64,000 nucleotides of DNA, from positions 24,339-88,338 of IMG/VR virus record IMGVR_UViG_3300020404_000180. One strand, 5' to 3'. Numbering within the stretch: position 1 is the stretch's first letter; each line of letters begins with the position of its first letter. A model generated the notes under the pieces. It ran no database searches. It was not told the DNA's origin and worked only from the letters and a program-made list of their open reading frames with translations. Positions 32,501-42,129 of the stretch are shown in pieces. A program made the position numbers and the translations under genes. This DNA comes from a virus.

Positions 32501-35500
32501 TCCTGTTACCTTACCACCAGTGACTGTAATGTCAGCAGTAGCACCAACGCCTCCACCTAGATTATTTTTCAGTGGCACGTTTGTGTATACACCATCGCTA
32601 TATGTGTTGCCAGATGTAATTGCACCGAATGTTTTTATCTCATCTCCAATTTGATCTAACTGGAAACTAGATGTGTAACTTGCACGGTCATAATACATGC
32701 AAAGAATCTTAGTCTCAGCAAGAGGAGGTGTAAGGAATGTTATGGCGTCGTTTGCAAATGTATATGTTGCAGGGTTTGTTACTAGACCATTTGTCATTAC
32801 GAGTAGTTGCTTCTTATCAGCAGCATGACCAATCTTAGTTCCAATATCAATATTGTTTGTTCTCAACTTAAATGTATCGTTGATACCATCAATGAATAAT
32901 CTTAGTGAGTGTCCTACACCAGTTCCTAATGATGATAGATTAATTGCACTACCACCTTCAGTAGTAGCAAGTTGTATTGTATTTGCATCTACAAATTTAA
33001 CATAGTATGCAGAACCATTTGTTAGACCACCAACAGGTGTACCAGTTCTATTGTTAGGATAGTTACCAGTATTGACTGTAGGTAGAGTAGATGGATTGTC
33101 TATACCTTCTGTGATGATTCCAGACAATGTAGTAATTGCACTCTTAACGTCTGAACATCCACCTGAGTCTACTGTAATACTCAAGTCAGTAACAGGAGCA
33201 ATGTTTGTGTAAGTTCCTTCTGGTAGACTATTGGTAACTGCTAGGTTACATAAGTCTCTTGCTTTGTTAAATGCAAATATAGTCTCTGTCTCTTCACCAG
33301 CAATATGTGTAATGTATCCAACTGGGTTTGTCCTTGTGACAGTTGACAAACTGTCTGTACTAATTGCAGTAGTAATGATATTGAACAAAGTATCCATTGC
33401 AGCGTCAACTGTGGCACATATCGCTGCATCAAATGTTACACCAGTATTTGTTACTTGAGTAAATCCATGACTACCTTGGATATTGATAGCAGTATTAACT
33501 ATGACATCAGCTGCTAACTCTTTTGCCTTATCAAATGCCCAGATTGCCTGTGTCTCTTCGCCATCTAAGTGTACAGTATTGACATAGAGATTTGCAGCAT
33601 CCCATACCTCACTGTTTGCACCGTATGTCAAGTTATATGCAATTGCCTCTATACAATCTACAATATCATCTATACAGTTCTGAGGTCCGCCAGGCACACC
33701 AGCAAATCCACTTGGAATACCGACTGTTGCATCTTCTAACATTAGATGCACTGCCTCAGCAGCAATCAAGTTCTTATTATTCTTAAGTAAGTTACCAGCA
33801 TCAATATATGCATTGCCTTGACTTATTACTCCACCAATGTATGAGTTAGTTGCTGCAACAGTAAAGTAGTTACCACCATACTTGAGGTCATTAGTCCATG
33901 CAGCAATTACTAATCTTGTGTCTCTAGCACATGTTGCATTGTTATAGTTGAGTGATGGATACTGTGCATTCAAAGCACCAATAGTCTCTTCTACAATATG
34001 GTCGATGTTGTTGATAATCAAATCTCTAGCATCTTGGAATCTATCACCACCAGCGTTGTAGATTACACGTTGGTTATTAAGGAATCCATGACCAGTAAGT
34101 GTAATTTGGTCACTACTTGTGTTGACGATGCTGCTAGAAGATGCATCGAAGTTAATTGTTCTGTCACTGATGTCATCAATCTTATAAACGATACAAGATA
34201 AGATTTTCTGTATGTCTAGTAGTTGTCTACCAAAAATCGAGACCTCAGTTGGTACAAGTGCACTGTAGTCGGGTTTGGCAAGTGCAAAATTGTTAATAGT
34301 AGCAAGCTTACCAGTATTCTTAGCAGACGGTTTAGGTGTAACGTAGGTTGTTCCATTGAAGGTGCTTCCAATACTATTTGTTGTCGGTACCCACCAGTCA
34401 GTAGAATTACCAGAGTTCAAGTCTAGATTTGCTTTAGACCTGTAATCCTTTTTAACTGTCTGTGTAATGACCTGTGTTCCAACAACCTTGAATCCAGCAG
34501 GATGTGCTGCAAACTTAAGTGGATTCTTCCAGTTGTTGATATTAACTGATGATGATATGTCATATGAGAACTCTTGGAACCTATCGCTATCATATACACG
34601 CTGTTCATTAAGATCCAAGAATCCAGTTGTCCTTTCCCAACCAGATGCACTGATACTAATAGGTGATACGTCAAATACTGCATCTGCACGACTAAATGCA
34701 TGTATCTGACCAAATGCTGCAGTCTCTTCTCCAAATACAGGTTCGCCAACCTTAAACTCGCCTTCTACTATCTCTACACTAACAACACGACCAGATGCGT
34801 CCCAATTCTTCACAAAACCGTATGCAGTGAATGAACTTGTTGATGCACCTTGATAAATCCTCTCTCCAACCGAGAAAGTTGCTGGTTTCATAAATGCATT
34901 GATGGTATCACCTAAATCTGTTGTTTCTAGTAAGAAATAAGTTTGACCTGTTGATATATCGCCTGTTGGTGCACTTGTAAACGTAATAGTGGTTTCTGTG
35001 TTTGCATTTGCAAGAGATGTCGCTAATCTAATCTGATTATCTGCTAATCCGTTTGCAGTGGTTGCTGCAACCGCATAATAGGTTGTATTTGGTAATAATG
35101 GTTCTGGGAACTGTCCTGATTGCTGAACTAGAGTTACTTTTGTGCCAGAAGGTATTTTTGCATTATAAGGGAAGTTGATAGTGCTACTTGACTGTAATCC
35201 AACCCAAGTATGTGTAACTTTAGCAGATACAGTTGGTGCAGACGTAAATCCTCTACCAGCGTTCTCTACAAGCACTGATTGGATGACTTCGTTCTCAATA
35301 ATTGGTTTTAATGAGAATAATGACCCTTGACCACCTGTAAGAACGATTGTTGGGTTAGCAACGAAGTTTTGACCACCATTTACAACATCTAGGTAGTCAA
35401 TGACCTGAGTTCTGATTAATTGTAGATTATAGGTTGTGTTTAGTGATGGTTTTAGTGTTCTATCGTGAGAATAGTTGTAAGTGATGTTATCACCACTGAT

Positions 35501-38500
35501 TTTAAGTATCTTACCTAAGTCAGATGACTTAAGAAGTATAGATGCACCAGATCCTGTCTTTTGCTCGATGTTAACAACTGGAGGTGACTGATATTGCTGA
35601 CCACCTGTCTCTATGGTAACTGCGGTAACACTTTGGTTCTGAATAGTCGCATTTAAGACTGCATTGATACCATTACCACCACTAACCGATACAGTAGGTG
35701 CAGATAAGAAACCAGAACCACCATTTGTCACTGTGACTGTATCAATTGCTGCATCAATGACTGTAGCGATGCTTGCAGGGTCATCAAAGGACAATGTATC
35801 GACTTGTATAGTAAAATCTTCTGTACTATCACCGCCAGGCAACTTAGTACCATCAAATGTCAAGATTGATGATGTATCGTATGCAGATCCACCAGCAGTT
35901 ACGGTTACTGTACTGATTCTACCATTACCGTCAGTGACAATAGTAAATTCAGCACCAGATGCACCATTTGGGTTTACTGATGTTTGAGTAACGCCTGTAG
36001 TTGTGGTATCTGCAGTAAATGTACCATTACCAGCGGGTTGAGTCTTAAGAGACGCAGTTGCGACTGACCCATAGTAAGGATCATCAAATATAATGTCAGG
36101 AGCACTCCTGTAATTAGAACCAGCTTGAGTAATTGTAACACTTGCAAGTTTTCCACCACCACTGACCGCTGAAGAGACAGTTGCTTGTGTACCACTGATT
36201 GCTTGTACAGAACCTTGTGAGTCAGAACTGTAAACAGTATTAGTCTCAGCAGTTCCTGTGCTAAACATGATGTATCCTTTGTTACCAGCACCTACTCTCT
36301 CATTTTTAAGTGGTTTGATTCTCAATACAGAGTTAACTGGGTTCCATGATATTACTTGACCCCTAGCAGTTGTATTTGCCTGTGTCTGTTGTGATATGAC
36401 TATCTCATTAGGTATGAATGACCCGAATACATTTTGTAGTGTTAAATCTACAAAGTCAGGAAGTGTAACTACTGCAGTAGGTAATGAAGCAGCATTGTAT
36501 CCTGCACCATCGTTTGTGATAGAGACATTGGATAGAGAACCAGATATTGTAGCAGTCGCTGTTGCACCAGAACCAGAACGTGTAGAACCACTGAGTTTAG
36601 GTAGTGATGAGTAGTTTCTGCCAGGATCACCAATTGTGATTGTCTTGATTCCACCTGTAGCGTATATGCTGTTGGTATCATATGATACACCTGTACTATA
36701 ACCTGTCTCAGGTTCTAGAGCAGTAATGTAGTCGAATGTAGTATCTGTCTTTGCTGAGACTATGTTAGTTCCTATTACTGGGTCGTTGATTGTTGTGAAA
36801 TACCTTGATGATAATAATGTGCCAGAACTTACAGATATTCTATTACCCATATAACCGTGTGCTTGGCAAGCATAGTAGAGCGTGCTAGGAGCGTCTTCTG
36901 CAACTGTGATACTAACACTACGTGTGGTTGCTGTTGCAAACCCTGTAGCATATGATGCATAGTCAGGCATGACTACACCATCTAGTGTGTAGGTTACGTT
37001 TGTCTCGTATCTCTCTACTCCACCGTACGCAGATTCGCTTTGAGAGAAGTAAATTGCGTGAGTAGTATTACTTGAGTCATTTTGCTCAAACTTATATGTC
37101 GCACCTTTTACAAATTTTAGTGCGGGTGCTTGTGTGACTTCGTTATATTCACCACCAACTAAGTAATAACCATTACCACTGCCTTGACCGAAGTATGCGT
37201 GTGCGGAAGTCTTCGCTGCTACAGTAGTAGTGTAAGTAACTACGTTTGCACCTTCTATCAAATCAAAGTAGTAGAATATGCCTGGCAAACCAGTTATCTT
37301 AACAGTAATAGAATTCTGTTCGTTAGTTACCGTGTCTAATACTTCAGCAGTAATATTCTTGTAAGTGAATATGTCTGTGTTGAGCGGATCAAATGTAAAT
37401 GCAAGTTTCTTACCATTGTTAGATGCGTCACTAGTGTCAAAGTTGTAAGAGTGTCCGTCAATGAGTTGTAACTTTGGTTCCTTGTTGTATACAGTAGCGG
37501 AACCTACGTTTGCTGCTGCAGGAGTAGCAAAGTTACTCTTGATTGTAAATCTCCTTAATGACTCAGTTCTAACAACCTGATAACCTGTATTATTATAAGA
37601 CGTAGGTGAGACGCCTGAGACTAATACTATATCGCCTATACCTAGTTGATGTGCTAATGTAGTATGGAAAACTGCTTCTCGCTGTGTTTCTGTCAGTGTA
37701 ATGGTAAAACCAGAACCAGCAGGACTGGTTGCATTACCTAAGTTGATGTTATCTGCAGATATTGTATCTCCTACGTTATATCCAGTTCCGCTACTTGTGA
37801 TTGTAACAGATGATACACTGTTACCTGTAACCACGATAGTTGCTCTAGCACCTAGACCAGAACCATTAGTTGTAATTGGCACATTGCTGTAGGTTCCGTT
37901 TTCGTAGTTAGAACCACCTGTAATACTTGACCATCCGTCTTGATGTAGGTTACCGTCTGTGCGGAGTCTTACGTATGTCCATACAAGGTTGCCATCAGAT
38001 ACAGAACCAGATGTATGTGTGGGTGCATTAGCAACATCACTATCTGATGTTCCGCTTGATGCTGCCTTGTACACTCTATTGTCTACGTAAACAAGATCCT
38101 CTTGATTGTATGCTGTACTATTTGTCCACGCACCGATTAGTTTGATGCTCTGTAAATCGTAATACTTGAAGTAATACTTGTTATTGTATATCTTAGTATT
38201 GATTGTTCGTGTGTTACTATTGTCCGCCACGGATACGGTAACTTGGTCACCAGGCAAGAGATAGTGATTAGTTGATGTAGCAACTGTAGTAGTGTAGATG
38301 TCATTGAAACTTGATACTGCGTTTGTTATACCTGTAGCAAGCACGCCTTCTACAGTAGAGACTACTCCGCTTACTCCGTCGCCATTAGTTCCTGTGTTAT
38401 CGAAGAGAAGTCTATCATTTACCTTATACTCTTTACCACCACCTTCTACAAGATACTGGTCAATACCAGATGAGGAATACTGGTTTGTTGCGGAAACAAC

Positions 38501-41500
38501 TAGGGAGTCTGCAGTACCACCTCTAATGAACGGATAGTAACTATAGTAACCAATACCATCTTCGATGTATGTAAGTGTTTCTCCGCTCTCCATTACAATG
38601 AGAGTAGTAGTATCTTCTAGTGCAAGGAAGAAGTCAACCTTGTTGTCTAACTGTTTTCTCTTTGCAACGATATTGTCAACACCTACGTATGGTGCTCTGT
38701 ATCTTATTGCGTCTTCTGTAAAGTTTTTCTGTAATCCGTTACCATCCCAGTTTGTAGAATCTGCCTCTGCGTAAAACTTAGGACCTATGAAGTAAGGGAA
38801 CGCGGGTTCTCCAGCAGAACCTTTGATTGTTGTGAAGTAAGCGTATACACCATTTGGGTATTCTGGAGTTACACAGAATCTACCATTATATTCATCTAAA
38901 TCACCTAAACCTTGTATATACTCATAATCCTCAATATAAGTCCCTAGAGGGTCACTGAGACCGCTTAGAAGAGAACTTCTGTTGGTCTTGACTCTATAAC
39001 TACTGATTATCTGTTTATATGAATTATATGGTGATGCATTCTCTGGGTCAACGTAACCGTAAGGTCCGTAGATAGGGTGTCCATCATACGCCCAACCAAT
39101 GATAGGTGAGTGTGCTGTAGGGTTGAGTTCCGTAAGTGCTGTGCTTATACTATCCTTAGTAAGGAATCTAAGTTTCTTAGGGTTATGTAAGTATCCGTAT
39201 TCTCCGCCATATATCAAATAGTTCTCACCTTGGAATACACCACCACCCGCATTGTCTGTAGTTTTGCGGTTTACAAATGCGGGATCTCCTAATTCTTCCG
39301 CAGTTGCTGCTTCGTTAAATGTTAATTCTGTAAGTTTAGTTTGGAATACCGCACCTGAGCCAGGATAAACAATGCTTACTGTTGTAGCACCCGCTGTATA
39401 TCCCGCACCTTTGTTAGTAACTACGACACCAGTAACGATATTGGAGCTCTGGTCTACTTGAGCAAACGCGGTAGCACCTACTCCATCACCAAGAATGACA
39501 ACATCAGGTGCACCATAGTATCCACTTCCTCCAAATGTGACGATTATACTTTCTATCTTTCCGTTTAGTATTGATGGATACGCAACAGCACCACTACCAG
39601 TAATTAACTTGATAGTAGGTTCGTAAGTATATTGACTACCTGTGTCTGTAATAGTGACAGTGTTTACAGGTCCTCTGCATACTGCGGTAGCAGCAGCACC
39701 AGTTCCGTTACCTCCAGTGATTGTGATTGTAGGAACGCTTGTATATCCAAAACCACCACTGACAATATTGATACCAGTTACAGACCCTGCAGTAATCTGT
39801 GCGGTTGCAGATGCTTGGTTACCAGCAGTTGCACCACCACCTGTAATAGAAACGATTGGTTGTGTAGTATATCCTGATCCTCCGTCAGTAACGTTGATAG
39901 AAGTTACAGAACCTGTGACGGTTACAATAGCAGCAGCGGACTCTCCTTCGTATGTCCAGTTAACTGTACCTAATGTCTGTGTACCAGTTGTATGAGTTGG
40001 GTATAGTGTAGTAGATGTTACACCACTATTATCAGCAACGTACCTATTTCCGTTATACTTGACTCTAGTAAACGTAGCATACGTATTACCTAGTTTGTAG
40101 TCTTCTTCAAATTCTACAGTTGGTGGGTTAGTGATATCATATCCTTCACCACCGTTTATCTTGGCAATTGATAATAGACCACCATACTTCTTAATTCCGT
40201 TACCTTTGTAAGAGAATAAGGGAACTCCGTTAACACCAATACCAATTTGACCTACTGGAGTGTCAGTCTTTGTAGATTTGACTGATGGTATCAAAGGTAA
40301 CCTCTTTAAGTATCTTTGGTTACCTGGCGTTAGGTCATTTGTACCAAAAGGTCCTATCTTGTGTGATGGTATACCTGTACTAGTTACAATAGCAGTATCG
40401 TCAGTCTTATAAGTGTTTTGGACGTCTGCAGTGAATTTATTGATTGCTACATTGATAGAATTGTAATCACTCTTACCATATGCAAATTCTCTGGCAATAT
40501 AGAACTCATATCCACTAATACCGTTTGCAGGAGTAGAACTGAAGTTAAACTCGAATGTATTAGCATCAACAATACCTACAACGTCGTGATTGTTGTTATA
40601 GATGTCTTCTGGTGCATTAAGAATTCTAATTACGTCATCTCTGACTAATCTATGCTTCTCTACAGTGATTACGGTACATTTTACCGAACCATCAGCATTA
40701 ACGCTTCCTAGAGTCGCAGAGACGCCTCTCAGTGCCTTTCTGACGTTATATAAGTATGAATCCCAGATAGGGTCGATAGAATCAAAACCTGGTGCTCTAG
40801 GAGTTGTGACTTTACTGTTAGGTAAGTAATATTTTCCACCATCGTTAAGAATAACTCCTCTAGTTCCACCATACACCTTTAATTGTACAAGTGAACCATC
40901 TACATTGGAATATCCGAATATTTTGAACGCAGCAAACACTTCCTGCCCTGCATCGTGTGCTCTATTGATTGTATTCTCTCTAGCACGACTACAACCGAGG
41001 AATTGGTTGACTGTTTTGTCTGTATATGAAATTATCTCGTCTTCTACTCTAAATCTTCCGTTTTGCTCTGGCCACCCTATTGTAGAATCGACTGTTACAA
41101 CATCATCAACTAATTCTTGACCTAAATCCGCAGCAAGCACTGTTTTGTACGGTGTAACAAAGGAACCAGTCGAATTATTGGTATCTACGTCGATTTCGTA
41201 GATAGAACCTTCGCTAGTAAAAACTTCTACTACGCCTTTTACGTAAATCCTTGCAGCAGACACAGAAGGGTCTGTAGAATCCGCTTCTTGGTACAATACT
41301 TGACCTACAAGTGATATTGGGTCGCCTGTTACAGGAACTGCACGGATAACTTCTCTAGAACTGTAAAATGCGTCGGATGGTTTGAAGATTCTGTCTCGTG
41401 GGTAAGACACATTAGACTCAACACCAAATAACGCTCTTAGTACAAACTGGAAAGACCTAGTTGAACCTTTAGATGCGTAAAAATCCTTAATACGCTTAAT

Positions 41501-42127
41501 TACGGTGCTTTCTGTAACACCATCTGCAAAATTCTTTGGAAATGTTGATAAAAACTGCTCTTTGAACTTTCCAAGCATGTACAGCGGGAAAATATTGTTC
41601 AAATTGACTACTGTACTGCCATTTACGTGTGATGCAGCGACTGTATTCTCAAATTTGTACTGATCAAACTTTCCAATCGACTTTACAGCGTTAAATCCAC
41701 GTCCACAATCTTGAAAAAGCGTAGATCCCTTCTTTTGGTAGTAAATTATCTCTTCATCTATCAATAAAAGTCCTTCTGACGGAAAATCACGTGTAGATTC
41801 GACGTCAATCGTTGTTGTATCAATTGTAACAGCGGAAATTAACTTAGTTTGGGTGACAAGTTCACCATATTGGTCAATATTATAGTAATCACTCCAGTTT
41901 TGGATGACGTCAATGCAATATCCCTTTAATTCTTGTGACTTATAGTACTCTTTTACAAATTCTATGAACGTGCCAAAGTTTTCCTGTATGAAACTAGGAA
42001 ACTGTGCTGCAATATTCGTTGATATCTTCGATCTCGACTCTGGACTGACCTCCGACGGTACAGGTGTCGCTGTTACCGTAGTGGTCGGTGTTGTCCACGA
42101 CCCGACTTTCCAACTGCTATTCGCCAT
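29534..42127 (-). CDS. gp7: Baseplate wedge initiator gp7 (4197 aa, expanded; includes a YHYH domain)
   Basis: Q.P.FI.E....F.EF.KEYY.SQE and IKDFYASKGS N-terminus. YHYH-domain motifs GWAYDGHPIYGPYGY and GDLDEYNGRFCVTPEYPNG.YAYF. QEFSY...HPAGFK motif. Lies between gp6 and gp8. Confidence 0.88.
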   Translation of the reverse strand: MANSSWKVGSWTTPTTTVTATPVPSEVSPESRSKISTNIAAQFPSFIQENFGTFIEFVKEYYKSQELKGYCIDVIQNWSDYYNIDQYGELVTQTKLISAVTIDTTTIDVESTRDFPSEGLLLIDEEIIYYQKKGSTLFQDCGRGFNAVKSIGKFDQYKFENTVAASHVNGSTVVNLNNIFPLYMLGKFKEQFLSTFPKNFADGVTESTVIKRIKDFYASKGSTRSFQFVLRALFGVESNVSYPRDRIFKPSDAFYSSREVIRAVPVTGDPISLVGQVLYQEADSTDPSVSAARIYVKGVVEVFTSEGSIYEIDVDTNNSTGSFVTPYKTVLAADLGQELVDDVVTVDSTIGWPEQNGRFRVEDEIISYTDKTVNQFLGCSRARENTINRAHDAGQEVFAAFKIFGYSNVDGSLVQLKVYGGTRGVILNDGGKYYLPNSKVTTPRAPGFDSIDPIWDSYLYNVRKALRGVSATLGSVNADGSVKCTVITVEKHRLVRDDVIRILNAPEDIYNNNHDVVGIVDANTFEFNFSSTPANGISGYEFYIAREFAYGKSDYNSINVAINKFTADVQNTYKTDDTAIVTSTGIPSHKIGPFGTNDLTPGNQRYLKRLPLIPSVKSTKTDTPVGQIGIGVNGVPLFSYKGNGIKKYGGLLSIAKINGGEGYDITNPPTVEFEEDYKLGNTYATFTRVKYNGNRYVADNSGVTSTTLYPTHTTGTQTLGTVNWTYEGESAAAIVTVTGSVTSINVTDGGSGYTTQPIVSITGGGATAGNQASATAQITAGSVTGINIVSGGFGYTSVPTITITGGNGTGAAATAVCRGPVNTVTITDTGSQYTYEPTIKLITGSGAVAYPSILNGKIESIIVTFGGSGYYGAPDVVILGDGVGATAFAQVDQSSNIVTGVVVTNKGAGYTAGATTVSIVYPGSGAVFQTKLTELTFNEAATAEELGDPAFVNRKTTDNAGGGVFQGENYLIYGGEYGYLHNPKKLRFLTKDSISTALTELNPTAHSPIIGWAYDGHPIYGPYGYVDPENASPYNSYKQIISSYRVKTNRSSLLSGLSDPLGTYIEDYEYIQGLGDLDEYNGRFCVTPEYPNGVYAYFTTIKGSAGEPAFPYFIGPKFYAEADSTNWDGNGLQKNFTEDAIRYRAPYVGVDNIVAKRKQLDNKVDFFLALEDTTTLIVMESGETLTYIEDGIGYYSYYPFIRGGTADSLVVSATNQYSSSGIDQYLVEGGGKEYKVNDRLLFDNTGTNGDGVSGVVSTVEGVLATGITNAVSSFNDIYTTTVATSTNHYLLPGDQVTVSVADNSNTRTINTKIYNNKYYFKYYDLQSIKLIGAWTNSTAYNQEDLVYVDNRVYKAASSGTSDSDVANAPTHTSGSVSDGNLVWTYVRLRTDGNLHQDGWSSITGGSNYENGTYSNVPITTNGSGLGARATIVVTGNSVSSVTITSSGTGYNVGDTISADNINLGNATSPAGSGFTITLTETQREAVFHTTLAHQLGIGDIVLVSGVSPTSYNNTGYQVVRTESLRRFTIKSNFATPAAANVGSATVYNKEPKLQLIDGHSYNFDTSDASNNGKKLAFTFDPLNTDIFTYKNITAEVLDTVTNEQNSITVKITGLPGIFYYFDLIEGANVVTYTTTVAAKTSAHAYFGQGSGNGYYLVGGEYNEVTQAPALKFVKGATYKFEQNDSSNTTHAIYFSQSESAYGGVERYETNVTYTLDGVVMPDYASYATGFATATTRSVSITVAEDAPSTLYYACQAHGYMGNRISVSSGTLLSSRYFTTINDPVIGTNIVSAKTDTTFDYITALEPETGYSTGVSYDTNSIYATGGIKTITIGDPGRNYSSLPKLSGSTRSGSGATATATISGSLSNVSITNDGAGYNAASLPTAVVTLPDFVDLTLQNVFGSFIPNEIVISQQTQANTTARGQVISWNPVNSVLRIKPLKNERVGAGNKGYIMFSTGTAETNTVYSSDSQGSVQAISGTQATVSSAVSGGGKLASVTITQAGSNYRSAPDIIFDDPYYGSVATASLKTQPAGNGTFTADTTTTGVTQTSVNPNGASGAEFTIVTDGNGRISTVTVTAGGSAYDTSSILTFDGTKLPGGDSTEDFTIQVDTLSFDDPASIATVIDAAIDTVTVTNGGSGFLSAPTVSVSGGNGINAVLNATIQNQSVTAVTIETGGQQYQSPPVVNIEQKTGSGASILLKSSDLGKILKISGDNITYNYSHDRTLKPSLNTTYNLQLIRTQVIDYLDVVNGGQNFVANPTIVLTGGQGSLFSLKPIIENEVIQSVLVENAGRGFTSAPTVSAKVTHTWVGLQSSSTINFPYNAKIPSGTKVTLVQQSGQFPEPLLPNTTYYAVAATTANGLADNQIRLATSLANANTETTITFTSAPTGDISTGQTYFLLETTDLGDTINAFMKPATFSVGERIYQGASTSSFTAYGFVKNWDASGRVVSVEIVEGEFKVGEPVFGEETAAFGQIHAFSRADAVFDVSPISISASGWERTTGFLDLNEQRVYDSDRFQEFSYDISSSVNINNWKNPLKFAAHPAGFKVVGTQVITQTVKKDYRSKANLDLNSGNSTDWWVPTTNSIGSTFNGTTYVTPKPSAKNTGKLATINNFALAKPDYSALVPTEVSIFGRQLLDIQKILSCIVYKIDDISDRTINFDASSSSIVNTSSDQITLTGHGFLNNQRVIYNAGGDRFQDARDLIINNIDHIVEETIGALNAQYPSLNYNNATCARDTRLVIAAWTNDLKYGGNYFTVAATNSYIGGVISQGNAYIDAGNLLKNNKNLIAAEAVHLMLEDATVGIPSGFAGVPGGPQNCIDDIVDCIEAIAYNLTYGANSEVWDAANLYVNTVHLDGEETQAIWAFDKAKELAADVIVNTAINIQGSHGFTQVTNTGVTFDAAICATVDAAMDTLFNIITTAISTDSLSTVTRTNPVGYITHIAGEETETIFAFNKARDLCNLAVTNSLPEGTYTNIAPVTDLSITVDSGGCSDVKSAITTLSGIITEGIDNPSTLPTVNTGNYPNNRTGTPVGGLTNGSAYYVKFVDANTIQLATTEGGSAINLSSLGTGVGHSLRLFIDGINDTFKLRTNNIDIGTKIGHAADKKQLLVMTNGLVTNPATYTFANDAITFLTPPLAETKILCMYYDRASYTSSFQLDQIGDEIKTFGAITSGNTYSDGVYTNVPLKNNLGGGVGATADITVTGGKVTGVALNTAGNGYTDNDVLGISDPRVGEQLVKNFLPSTGTYAPASGEMVLTIGSGHGLSAPTTHTPGGATYSGTTGLMVVTINSHGLVNGDQVKFADGAITFNCGYNGGGDEAYPRSTDYASDRWLQVFDCTENTFTVQVLDSIPSTNTDAHTFVSAVSNSVKFAVSTVRIANESLQFSCGYNGGGTASYPRATDPIGTQGKMKDIPVEAVGTTTITVNALNGTTATNTDSHTWVGLSTYQFQPTDIAYTPTTGEMVVTVSGHGMIKGDRIYFATNSLTFTCGLDNNQTQHTYPRVGDPSEGAWHTIDAVTNDTFTVNVGVSSDTSTHTFVSATSTAVTRAVVSYGVYGYSKNADGASLLRTNQEFIATTAYGRMMANNAGFSSSYQVKCIRDTKLLVDAVADNIEFGGNDATYDAANFYVATAHLTGEEDQSVEVFNAARDICRQVMRNLTVTTNSYTVGTQVKDNTISNDSGSTSYSEACCIDTASTITTLWAIVTQAVGTTAGGSGNLNGITRTSATQPFFQVEVDTVTFDGTDKIFTAQVGGSTQVLPASDNFLIFLNSTFQVKGTTEAYTYTGSTITFTEAPLPGMDFYGFYLGKLTLLDEIAPFFDSQKKTFTMKEDTEPFSLESDNVEVEAQNNLLIFLNGIYQEPGVAFTLTGSIIEFSEPPRAGSTCEIFIFTGSAEDVLVSNTFNSLDIGDRFQIDSEGSDRSIAKVSSSTTIDSYEYTGLRPSTAEFVATIVNGAVTQVDIINAGSNYEVPPILLFQGGGGEGAFAETTIEIGSGRVTGVVNLQGGANYTSAPTVLPTHPIAVERKQRNRLISNSKNLSATYLTSTLSQSGTTINLKNVWFDSSQKNGFPDEGEILIPFYDSVNSVWSAERILYGSKDTVAETLTVATGGRGYLGTTAAAHPVITGTYSSSGTLCTVTTSSNHNLSTGQEFYLDCTSGTGFDGSYKVTVTTATSFTVEFPFSRTASGNCSLLPEVRLRSL

Positions 42128-42129
42128 GC

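Noticed and set aside
444-42127. Diversity-generating retroelement or inteins in the giant genes
   Set aside because: No reverse transcriptase, no adenine-specific TR/VR pair and no intein or homing-endonuclease motifs were recognised. Size is explained by repeated structural modules.
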